Source of the DNA: Microbotryum violaceum
Lineage: Eukaryota
NCBI GenBank assembly: GCA_001244265.2
Contig: CDLV01000016.1
Location: forward strand, 62,001 to 126,000
DNA: 64,000 nucleotides
Reading direction: 5' to 3'
The first letter of the stretch is position 1; each line of letters begins with the position of its first letter. A program made the position numbers and the translations under genes. Under the pieces are notes generated by a model. The model ran no database searches. It saw nothing but the letters and a program-made list of their open reading frames with translations, and was not told the origin of the DNA. Positions 51,719 to 63,182 of this stretch are shown piece by piece.

Positions 51719-53488
51719 TTACTTCGACATCTGCAGCATCACACGCTGCGTTCGTCGATCGCCCGCTACACTCTCCTCGTCCTTCGCCTCTTTTCGCACC
51801 CCCTCATTCCGAGGTTCCAAACTCCTCAAGAAAGCTTCCAATGAATCATCCGCGCCATCCGAGGAATGCGTCACCGATCTTGCCATCGCCGACGATTCGG
51901 CTACGTTCGTCCCGCCCAACGTTCTTGCTCCCTCCATCACCCTCACGACGTTGGGACCCAGGGCTTGGTCATTGCGAACAGTTCGGATCTTCTTCTTGGA
52001 CGCAACTAGTCGCCACGCTTGGTAGGTATTTGTAAGTGCGAAGGGTATACTAAGCAAAACCCAGACCCAGAGGAACAAAAAGTTGATCACCTCGGCTTCG
52101 GTCGAGAAGCGTCCGCTTCTGGGGATGACGATGAACGGGAGGATGACGACGGTCGAACTCCACGTGAGCACACCGGCGAATAAAATCGAAGCAATCATCG
52201 TGAAACCACCCATGAGGAGGACCCACGATCCTGCTCGTCGGAGATCTTGCGCGCTCTGCCATTTGACGGGTTGCGAAAAGGGGCAAGAATAGGTCAATAG
52301 CGTGGGTGAAGTCGTCTGATCGGCCGACGATGGAGGGGACATGGGTTTCCCATCCTCCGAACAAGGTGTAGACGACCACAAAAATTTCGTCCGGGATGTC
52401 GTATGGATCGCCGAACGTGTGAGGTTGCGCGAGTCGTCGAGATCAAAGACGTCGTTCGTCGTGTCGGTGGGTATGGCGCTCGGGTCGCGGTGCGCAGGGA
52501 CGCCTCTGATCGATTCGTCATGCCGTGACAGCTGATGTCGAATCATCACCCACAGACCCATACATAGCGAAGCGAGCTGATTCGTAAGGAGAGTAGCAGA
52601 ATGGGCGATATCAGTTCCGAACTTGCTGGAGCCGAATGCAAAGCTCGATCCAGGGTCTTGTGGCTCACCGTCAAATTGATGAAGGCGACAGTCGTATAAA
52701 GAGCTTTACTCGCCGTCTGGGTGCGATACGGCAGTCCTGCGCTGTGTCGAAGTTGGCCAAACCTGACGTACATAGACGCCGGCATTACCGGCCTTGTCCC
52801 TGGTTCCCAAGTTGGCGAAAATTCGTCGATGTCTCTCCGCAACGTTTGATAGAGCGACCAGAATCTTCCCCACCTGGTGCAAGGATCACGGATCGGTCGA
52901 GCATGGTCAGTACAGGGCCAGGAATGATTGGGATTAGACTTTGATTCAGTCTTACCCAATGTTCCCGATAACAGCGGTGATGGTAATCCCCGACGTAAAG
53001 AGAATGATGCAGAGGAAGTAGGCCACGACACAACTGCGCAGCGTCCATTTTGACCATGTCCGGCCCTTGCGGCTCAACACGACCACATACGCCTGCAGCA
53101 GCGAAAAGCTGCACAACATGCCACCGAGTACCATCGGAAAGTAGATTGTCGATCTGCGCGCAATGCGATCTCGCTGCGAGCGATGACCGAACACCATCCG
53201 CCATTCAAAGACGATGTAGGCAACGTTGACAATACCAGCGACGAGTGCCGTGTAGACCGTGATGAGGATCTGATGTGTGACGAGGAAGGGCATTCCCTCT
53301 ATTCGTACCCATCGCCACAGCCAATATGGTTGCTTGTTGCGCCGCCGCTCCGTCTCGACCAGCACGAGCTGAGTTACTGTGAGAGCCAGGATGAAGCCGA
53401 AGCAGACGAGGAGGACGATGAGCCGCGCCTTGTACCCGTCGGGCGGGGCCGGATAAAACATCCTATCCAAGCGGTCCAAATCTGCCAT
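51719..53488 (-). CDS. Orphan seven-transmembrane (GPCR-like) protein, copy B
   Basis: MADLDRLDRMF...RLIVLLVCFGFILALTVTQLVLVETERRRNKQPYWLWRW...; two introns at the same positions as copy A; TM6-7 WVLLMGGFTMIASILFAGVLTWSST...VINFLFLWVW. Confidence 0.85.
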
Positions 53489-54879
53489 AACGCCAAGAAA
53501 AATAGGTATTAGTGCAGTGCTGCCACAAGTTCAAAATCATGATATCCGGCGATAGACGGGCTGTAGGGCGCCGGCGCCAAATCATCTCAGCCCAAGATGC
53601 CCATTGCCCGACATGAGCGGCCGCCGCCGCGCAGGTCGTCGGACTCCGACGATCGCGGCCACTCACAGCATTGCCACGTGTTGGTCGACACCAAGGTACA
53701 GACGCTGAAGTAGGCCTTCAGTTCTTGCGTAGAAGCCGAGCGAAACGTGCGCCCCGCCATGGCCTCGTGGCTAGTGGCGCTCAGCACGACAACTTGAACC
53801 GCAGGCTAGCGATTCAGTACGAAACTTGGCGTCGCCCGCTCGAAATTTCCGGCCAAGCGATGCACCGCGTCCAACCCGACCCGTGCGACGTTCGCTACGT
53901 TGGGGCAGCAGCGCGCTATTCTGTGGACGTCCACACTGATACCAGGCTGGGCCAGCGACGTCTTCACCAAAGTTGTTAATGATGGTAAGCTGGAGCTGGG
54001 GGCCCAGCAGCAGCGTCGACTGAAAGTCGTCAAGCTCAAAAGGAGGAAGTCTTCTACTATGATTTGTCGACGACCCGCGCCCATCGAGTGGCCTCATTAG
54101 AACCGCCGAGCCTAAAACCTAAAACCGCTTCGGGCTCGGGACCTGAGAGTGACGTCCTCGTCCCTGGCCCGGGGCATTCAAGTTGGTGCTCCGAGGAGCC
54201 CGGTTAAAGCCCGGGGGTCGGCACACAAAACAACGCAGGGCTCGAGGGTCGTATCACCTAGATTCGTAGGTGTCTTCCCGATTCTTGGGGGCGCCTCTTC
54301 AGCCGCAAACCGGGTAATTCCCTGAGGATCAGCCACTCATATCTCACAGACCATGGAGGACGGATCCGGGCGGGCCCCGGCAGTCAATTGATCCCTTGTT
54401 TTTGCCCAAAGCGCTAATAGCAATAATGATGATTATTATACCCTGGAGTATCAAGGATAAAATAAAATAAAATCTGCACTCTGGAGTGGGACAAGTCGAC
54501 TGTTAATTTTGTCTGTCCACCCGCTGAGTTAGCACGGGGCGAGGTTTTATCTTTGCGTGCCACCCGGCCGCCGGGTTCTCGGGGTGCTTGGCACCGATTC
54601 CAGCCGACGAATACTCCAAATCTTCCGACTTGCTATTACCCGTGATGCGGCGGGTGGCACGATGAATCTCTCATCATCTCTTGACTATGAGATCCAATAC
54701 ATCAGACTGGTCGCCTTAGTGAAAGTCATTAGTCTTCAAGCACCTGGCTCGTAAGGTACATGCTAGGTAGGCAACTGATATCTGAAACCCCGCCGATCGT
54801 TCCTGAACTTACTTCAGCTCCAGCAGTCAGTTTGTTTAATTTGTTGACCCCAGGAATACCCTGGAGTTCCTGTTTTCAG

Positions 54880-55100
54880 CTAGGCACCAGACCAATGCTG
54901 CAAGTTCTTACTGTTGCACCATCAGAGGAGTAAGGGCTAGGCCTTTCATAGAGCAAAAAGGAGACCATGATTTGGAGATCAGCTTCGAGAGCATCCGTGA
55001 ACGCACGCGGCGAGGGTGTCGTTCGTGATGAAGGGGACGGGGTGGGTGACAGGGGTCAATTTATCTTGAAATGCCTTTGGAATCGGCGGAGCGATTTGAT
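54880..55100 (-). mobile_element. Degraded Ty3/gypsy pol (RT connection / RNase H) remnant
   Basis: Frameshifted fragments in the expected order on the minus strand: KAFQDKLTPV, FTDA, GAT.-ELAALVWCL (compare AF..lK..L, TDAS, Y..TE.ELLAIVWAL). Confidence 0.4.
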
Positions 55101-56366
55101 ATTTGACATCAAAAATCGGGGCCCGATCCCGGGATCGTCCCATTTCAGGGGTGCTTTTTGCTACGTCTCCCTTTTCGGTGGCGACACGCCCTGCCCCCAG
55201 AAAGGTGAACATCTGGTCATTCCCTGATTAATTGTCCTGAGACATATACTCTGAAACTTATCCTAACGCGGGAGAAGCGCACATCTGAAAAGTTTGGACC
55301 GAAAGGGGTCCAGGCCCCACTGCTTGCCGTTCCCACGTGATCGGCGACCATCGGCGTTAAGCAAGCCTGGGTGCCCGTGAGGTGCAGCAGCTTCTGGGAC
55401 AACTCGAAAATGATCCTAGTAGTCAAATTGGCCCTTGTTTTTTTATGAGGAATACAAGATACTTTGTGGTTCATTCCCCAAGCGTCCTTCATCATCAGCA
55501 GGGGAGGTCGCTCCGCAGGAACTCACGGCTGTCCTCGGGGTCTAAAAGTGTTCGAACACTGCAATGGATGTTCGGGCTTAGGCGCGATCGCATAGACTGA
55601 GCTCAAAGTATATACAGGACTAACGTTGGATACTTCAGGATATGTCACCAATCACCAAGACGCCGTACAAGATGTACGCAAGGGTCGACTAGGACAAACA
55701 TTCAATGCAGCCACCGTCGGAGTGATTGTCAACCGCGCCGGTGCTCTTCATGCGCCGTTCGCATCATGACTTATGACCTTCAGGATCTTGCGGTCCCGGC
55801 GAAAGTTGACCGTTTGGCCGAGTTTCCAAGCTTCTTAAGAAAGCCGGCAGTGACTCCTTGTTGCCAGAAGACTGCGTCACCGTTCTCGCCACTCCAACTT
55901 CTCTGAGAAGATGGGCAACTCAGACTTGGTCATGGCCGGCAGCCCGAACTTCTTTGCCGTCTGCCGTCCTCGGAAGATCGATAATTTTTTCTTAAGGCCG
56001 ACGCAAACCAAGCTTGGTTCACTTTGGTGATTCCTAAGGGAAGGCTCGACGCCAGCCCAGACCCAAAGGAACAAGTGTTGATCATGGACCTGTAGGTTTT
56101 GTGCTGCCGGGGATGGCGCTCGAAGGCAATACTCACGTGGTCCTCAATCTCAACAACATGACGCCCGCGAGTAGAGTTGATGCGATCATTGTGAAAAATT
56201 CCATGACCAAACACCACGATTCGACGTCTGTTCCACCCGTGTTGCAGCGGTCAAGGAGTGTCAATCACCAAGCAAAACAAGATTCGTAACAGCTAGTGTA
56301 AATCACTGCCATGAATCGTAGCTTACTCGCTCTAATAACGACAACACCGGTTGTGAAGAGAAAAAG

Positions 56367-56774
56367 TGTCAGAGATTATAATGCTGCTTCATCCCACTTC
56401 GAGTACCGATTATGATCAGTTACTAGTTGTAGATATCAGCGGCCTCTCGCGCCTCGAGCCTAGTGAAAGGTACGAGATTGCTCTCGAGCCTCACTGATTC
56501 CGAATCCAAACAGAAAGTATTAAACGGTGTATTCGCAGGCGAAGAAAAACTACTAAAAGGACTAAGATCAAGAGACGCGGCGGCGCCGTGCGCGAGGGCA
56601 AGCGTGAGGCCGCAGAGGTTGGCTCGAGGTCGTCGTGAGGCGTAAGCGGAGCGGCGCCTTACACCTAGCTCGCGCGCGCTTCCATAGCCTTTCTTCTTTC
56701 TCTTCAACTATCTTATCTATCATCTTCGGCTCTCATACTTACGTGTCTCGTGCTTGGGCCTCAGAGTTCTAACA
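56367..56774. mobile_element. Solo LTR inserted in the 7-TM pseudogene
   Basis: Termini TGTCAGA...TCTAACA (near-perfect inverted ends), flanked by AAAAG/GAAAG (4/5 TSD). Host gene sequence resumes on both sides. Confidence 0.75.
56428..56663 (-). mobile_element. Second solo LTR nested inside the first
   Basis: Minus strand TGTAAGGCGC...ATCTACA; homologous to 18031-18248. Confidence 0.8.
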
Positions 56775-57699
56775 GAAAGTTGGCGACGACGTAGCTGCGC
56801 AGCGTTTGCGGCTCAGTACGACGACGAACGCCTGCAGAAACGAGAAGCTACACGGCAGACCACCGGAACACCATTGGGAAATAAATTGTCGACCTGCGCG
56901 TGATGCACGTCCTTTGCGAGTCGTGATTGAGGACCATGCGCCACTCAAAGACGACATAGAAGATGTTAATGAGCGCGGCGACGAGGGCGCTGTAAGCTAT
57001 CACAATAAAATGCGAGCGCGGAAGATAGACATACGATAGGAGAGAGCTAGCGACGCCGAAGTCAGGACCACAGTGTAGAGCGAGTGATGAGAAAGCTACC
57101 AAGAGTAAACAGCTGCGTGGGAGGAAAGTGCCTGCGGGAAGAAAGCCCCGCGCGCTCCCTAACTTAAACATAGCAAACCCCAATACCAAAGTGATGAGGA
57201 TCTGGTTCGTGACGAGGAAGGGCTCTCTCTCTGACCATATCCACGCCGAAGCCAGTACGGTCGCTTGTTGCGCCGCCGCTCCACCTCGATCAGCACCAGT
57301 TGGGTCGCCGTGAGCGCGAAGGTGAAGCCGGTGTTTCAATCTGAACCATGGCTGCCAACACAATTACAAGCAAGATCTATCATGGGAACCGGCAAGAGGT
57401 TCGAAAAATGGACTAACAATCGCGTCACCAGTGAACGGAGCGCTTAGGCAAGACCTCATCAGGCATTTTGCACAGTCTTGCCTATCTATTGCGACAAGAC
57501 TGTGCAAGACTATGAGACTATGGCCGACTAGGGACAACTGGGCATACCGAGATCTCGCCGAACTGATAGCGCATTAGCGACTGATGGCAAGAGAAGAGTC
57601 TGCGTTTGAACGGATCTTCAACGCCGATCAAGAGGCTGAGTACCCCTGGGTCACCGAGAAAAGGAACAGCTGAAGGAACCTCACTCATATGTACAACAC

Positions 57700-58723
57700 A
57701 CGTCTGGCAGATTCGTATGACTATAAGCGGGAGAGAGCACGCGCATGGTGTCGGCCACTCTTGGAGAGGTCATCCTCGGCCTTGGCCGTTTCTGCCAGCT
57801 TCGAGTCGGGCAGCAGCTCGGACGGCCCTAGAACCTCCGTGCTGGCCTCGGCTCTCGTGTTGACGACCTTTTCGAAGCCGACCACGGGGTCGATACCAAA
57901 GTGCATTCCTTTTCCTGCAAACCCTCACGATCGGTCACCGCAAGCATTTCGTAGACGCGGCAGCGAGGTCACCCAGGAGTTAGTGAATCGCAGGCCAAGG
58001 CGAGCAACGAACGATGACGGTGAGCGCAAAGGCAAAAACTCACTTCGCAAATGCCTGATCTCGTAGTTGGAGAGGTGACCAGAGTGATATATATTCGCGA
58101 TTGAAGAGCCAATCCCCTCAAACCATGCTCTGCGGCGTTCCGCCCAGGAACGCAGACCTCCATAGCGAACAAGCTCAACCGAGAGGTTGTCCGACAAGTA
58201 GAGGGGGGGGTCTGACATCACGATACTGCTTGTTGTACCATTTGATGTAGCGCTTCCGACCCTGATGTATACCTATTGTGGCAAGGAATCCAAATGATTG
58301 GACCATGAGATTGCGATCAGCTTGTGTAGCACGCGAGGGGATCGGTGGCGGGGCTTCGCGAGACCGGCGGCACCTACAGAAGCCGGTCCATTCCTCGATC
58401 TGAAACACCACAGGATCTTCGTCGAGCTGTGATCGCCAGAGCGTTTTCCAGTCGTCGCGCACCTCGGCGGAGAAGATGTTGTAGCTCCAGTTGCGTCGAA
58501 TCTCGTCGCACCTTTGCTTGCGACGCTCCTCAAACGTGTCGAGATAGGCCTCCAGTTCGGCCCAGGTCGCTTCCGAGACGGCGTGCCAGATCACCTCGCT
58601 TTCGTGGTAGTGGACAGGGATGCGTCCGCGGTGTCGGTCTTCGAGAAATCGGTGTTACTCCGAAATGGTCGCGGGCATGAAGCGGTCGTGCTTGTCGAGA
58701 AGCACCCGCAAGGGGATGCCCAT
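57700..58723 (-). pseudogene. Disrupted hypothetical protein gene, possibly TE cargo
   Basis: MGIPLRVLLDKHDRFMPATISE* continues in frame into ORF 58175-58594, then frameshifts at a G/C run (~58203-58210) into ORF 57925-58221. Protein-like composition; no family recognised. Confidence 0.5.
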
Positions 58724-58930
58724 CGGTGCCGCCCCGCACTGGCTTAATGCGGATGCGGAGAGGTCGACGTCTCAAGTAGGGAGCTTGGCTCCGAGGTTCT
58801 GGACGATTGATTGAGAATGACAGGTTGGTGTGTTTTCTCGCGTCGATGACTCAAGAGTCGAACGCTTGGGAGGGAGGGGACCTAGCTTCGGTATCTGCGG
58901 ACGCGGGCCAGCGCTGAGGCGCTGAGGCCT

Positions 58931-60318
58931 GCCAGGACCCATGAAAGCCCAGCCTGAGGCGCGTAGGTAAAATCCGGGAAAATCGCCGATTTTGGACCTC
59001 ATTTGTCCACCATTTTTTGGAATTTTCGCCCAAAAATGTCCCCAAAAATATCCAGTCCATCTACGCGCCTCAAAAAATAGCTCTAGATTCGCTTCAAATG
59101 CTCTAAAACATCTCCAAAAATCGCGAAAACGCCGTCCGGACGTTTTTCGCTCGGGCCGAATCGGCGGAGCCCGCGCGCGCGTCAGTCGTTTCGGTTCTGC
59201 TTCGCCGAGGGCTCCTCACCTGCACTTACTGCCTGCCTCTTTGCCTATGATCTAGCATGGCCATAGTATATATGTAACGTACCACGAGAGGTAAGAGCGA
59301 TTGCAGTCACTCTGTAAAGCAGTAAGCTAGCTACAGAGAGATCTACGAACCCCAGGTTCATTGAGGGGGTAATTGCTCCTCAACGAGCAGTGACGGCATC
59401 ACCTCCAGAGCTCTAACGAAGGGACGTTGATCTTCGATTCCGACACGCGGATAACTTCACCAACTCTTGGCTACTGAGAACAACCGAACGCATGCGCTCA
59501 GCGTGATCCATATGCCGCCAGATTCGACGTCGAAAGGCAGCCAATAATGATAGACGGGTGGCCTTGCCTACGTGCCGCAAGGATTTGCTCCACGATCTTC
59601 AACTTGTCCCTCAAAGTATCGAGCGGCCTAGCAAGGGATTCAAAACTCGAGAGGCTCGTCTGTCGACCATGAAAGCTGTTTAAGCTGAATCCGGGTGCAT
59701 TGGCTGGTTTGTCAAAGCTGGAGGCGAAAAGCTCAGATACCCTCACGTCCAAGAGGGGTGCCATTCGCTCAAAATCATCGTCAAAGAGATCGATATCCGG
59801 ACCTCTACGTTTCGTCAAAGCAAGCCGTGCCGAGAATGTAGGATATTGGCGATGATGGCACAGACGACGTTGACGCGACGTGGCGGGGAAGGCCAGAGAT
59901 GCGCGCACTCAAACGTTCAGATTTTCAAACACTTCGTTTAACTAGCCAAGAGGTTATAATTCATGAAACCCGAATGTTAAAAGCAAGTCGATCAAATTAA
60001 TTGTAGATTTGTAAGAATAAATGTTGGAAGTGCAAAATAACCATCAATTAGAGCCGCTGTTGTGAATTCGGTACAGCCCGGAATGTTTCGCGCGCGCTCC
60101 CGCTGCTTTTGAGGGTCGGCAAATTTTGGCTTTCCAAGCCGAACGTGGCCGAAATGGGTCCCGATTTGTCAACCTACGAGCCTAGGACCCACCCACACCG
60201 GCGCACCATGATTTGTCCACCCCCGACTACGCGCCTTGGCGATTTTGGCCCATCTGAGGCCCCAAATTTGTCCAGTCGGGCGCTACGCGCCTCAGGCCGG
60301 GCTTTCGGGGGTCCTGGC
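58931..60318. repeat. 36-bp inverted repeat pair (33/36 identical) bracketing ~1.3 kb, with clustered short motifs
   Basis: GCCAGGACCCATGAAAGCCCAGCCTGAGGCGCGTAG (58931-58966) versus the reverse complement of 60283-60318. ATTTGTC(C/A)A and CTACG(C/A)GCCT motifs repeat at 60164-60292. Confidence 0.8.
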
Positions 60319-61011
60319 CTGCCTGGGCCGCCATGCCGGCCCAGGCGGTGCTCAGGCAGGCCCACCTCGGGCAGACAAAAGAAGGGACGATCTTAATCGC
60401 GCCGCGCAGTGGCGAAATAAACCGATCGGATCGGCATCCTGGGCCGGTAGAAACGTTGTTCTCGGCGGGAGCAACGTTGCCCCGGGTCAGGCCTGCAACT
60501 AAGTCATAGTCACTACATTTGATGCCGAAACGGTGTATAGGGCAGAAAGTGACGAAAAGTGCTTTCATAGAATTTCTGCGGAAGCAATCACAAGTCCAAG
60601 TACTTCAGGTAACCCATTGAGAGCAGTCGCGCTGGGTGTAGTAATTCCGACGTCTCCGCGGGGGGGGGGGGGGCGAGCTCGTCGGGGACTATTCAAGGCT
60701 GCACGACGCGAACGCGTCGCGCGGGCCCTGCCTGTTGACTGCTCTTGTTCTCAGCCCAACTTGGCTTGTACAACACACTCCATTAACCTTGCGACAGATC
60801 ATCAGCTCGTGTGCGTTCGCTGTTCAAGATCACTCTTCTACTCATCGTTCTTCCTCGTTACACATGACTCAATCATATCAAGCTTTCGACGCGTCGTCCC
60901 TCCAACCATTCGGAGCCTCGACACCTCGCATGCGTATGTCCGCCGCCCGGCATCAAAGCCTTTCGTCGTTAGCTCATTTGCCAGAGGACGAGCTGCTGAC
61001 TTCCGCATCAT

Positions 61012-63182
61012 ATGAATAGATTCGCCTTTTGCTCACAACCCGCTTGGGTCCCCCTCGCTTCCTGGACAGGCTTTGAACCCTCCTTTCCGTGAGTGCTATT
61101 TGGCGGTCTCGCTGTGTTCGAGTCGTTGTCTGTTGTCGCGTGCAGCATCGCGCAAATCTGACCCCTTTTCCTCCACACCCCGTATAGTCTCCACCTCCAA
61201 CGCCCCAATCGCCTTTCCGAACGCCCCATTTTATAGCAATCAATCCTACCCGCACCGTCGGGACTCTGCCCCGCTAGCTCAACCACACTTCACTCCCGCG
61301 TACACCGCAAACATTGGACGCGACGAATCCCACTATCCGGCGGCCTCGCCAGCGGACCACGCGTACCCTCTGGCTGCCTTTTCCGACCAAGGACCCCACA
61401 ATTCCGTTATGGGCATCACAGAAGATCCATCAATTCAATTCACAGTCCCACTCCTCCCGCCAATGATCACCACTCATTCGCACTCGGTGGCCAAGCTTCT
61501 CAGAGCAAAGCCGGAGGCAGCGCCTCGCGGGACGCCCATCGAACCTCCGCGCCATCCCTGTCTGCGGACCACGCTGCACGCCTTTCAACGATCTCTTCGC
61601 CAGTCTTCTCCGCGGTACCTCGATACCTTGCTGCCGTCGGACCTCCCCCTGCCCGTATAATCAAGCAAATTCCGGCTTTGACGCCTGCGGAGAAGGCGCG
61701 GTCGGCGAGCCTGGGCGTACAAGTTCAGGCTATCCCGACGCGCAGATGTAACAAACCCGAGCGGACTATGCACCAGCAATGGGCCCAGAAAAGGAACGAC
61801 AAAGAGCTCGCATATTGTATCAAACATCGAATTCGACTAGACAACTTGAGGAGCATCATCGCGCCCATCACGCGGCAGGCCACCCACAATTTCTTGGAAC
61901 GAGTTCGTGCACAGCAAGTATTTCGAAGACATGCTCGTTCGAGACCATGTGGAAGGAAAGCCCAACTTTTGGTCTACCAGCAGCCAGTATACTTCATGTT
62001 GTACTAACCCCTTCGCGTGATGTTGTTTTCTTTAGTGCCCACCAATTTGATCCATAGGCAGAACCTTGCAAAGCCATATTGGAAAGCAATAGGCCAAGAC
62101 GAGGAGGCGAAAATAGCCTGCGACGCCGCGCTTGCCTCGGAGCGCGAGGAACCAATTGACGACCCGCCTCCCAACAAGAGCACTCGGATCAAGCCGCTCG
62201 GTTACAAGACCATCAAGAGAGGAAGACAATGCCTAGAGGATGCATTGAACACCATAGTTAGTCATAGCTCGATTAGGTTTTTCATGGCCCAGCCTCAAGT
62301 TCAGGCAGCTAAAAGGTTGCCCCCACCTCTGGTTCACAGAGTGTCACATATGCGGAAAAGTACGGCCTACAAATGCTCGCTATGGTCTCTTCCAATCTTC
62401 CAGAACTCAACAAATAACGTTTCCTGATCACTTCCCCCGGTGGATTGGCGTTTGCCCACCGAAAAGGTTGGGGCGACGATTCGGGCTCAAAAAAGCTGCT
62501 GTCTGAATTTGCCGATTGCGTTACCGAGAGGGCCTTTTTAGAGCAGAAGAAGGCCGAGCTGGACGCCGCAGGTCAGCACGCACACAGGGAAAGCACGCGA
62601 GCGAGCGAGCGTCGATTACTGATTTTCCGCTCCTCATACTACCGTGCAGTTTGGGATGATCCACCTGAAGCCGAGAACACGGATACCAAATGCAACTGGT
62701 ACAGCGCAATCTTGAAAAACCTTTTTGGTGAGTGGAAGAAACTTGCTACTCTCCTTCGATGAACTGCTGACGACGAGTGATTCTTCCATGATGCAGATGA
62801 CGCCTTAATGTGACGTGCCAAGCTCGAAGGGCGTAGCAAGCTTCAAGGACGCAACTTCAAAACTCCCAGACTTGTTTATGACCAAGACGCCCTTGTGAAC
62901 AAGGCCAGGATCGTCGTCGAATGCGGCTCACGCCTCAATCTGGCCACGGATTTTGTTAGCCCTTCGGGCAAGCAAAAAATGTCGGGAACGGACTTGGATC
63001 GAATCATTCCACTGCTTCGTGCGGGGGAGCTGCGGTTCCGGTTGTTAGAAGAGGTAGTAGCGGAAGCAGATGCCGGAGCGGCGGCTACCGCTGCGACCGG
63101 CGTTGACGACAGCGCATCGGAGCTCTCTCGGAGCTCAGGGCGGCAGCAAACGCCAGAAGAGCAAGACGGCGGCATGCTCTAA
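61012..63182 (+). pseudogene. Disrupted hypothetical gene with an HMG-box-like segment
   Basis: Chain of same-strand ORFs (61073, 61678, 62017, 62445, 62895) broken by stops, frameshifts and intron-like gaps. SWNEFVHSKYF...LAKPYWKAIGQDEEAK loosely fits HMG-box helices. Confidence 0.4.

Larger units (their letters stand above)
56325..57345 (-). pseudogene. Third copy (C) of the 7-TM family, truncated, frameshifted and interrupted by insertions
   Basis: Nucleotide matches to copy A: GGCGACCCAACTGGTGCTGATCGAGGTGGAGCGGCGGCGCAACAA, EPFLVTNQILIT, AYSALVAALINI, CTCTTCACAACCGG. Insertions at 56998-57189 and 56367-56774; the 3' half is missing. Confidence 0.92.
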
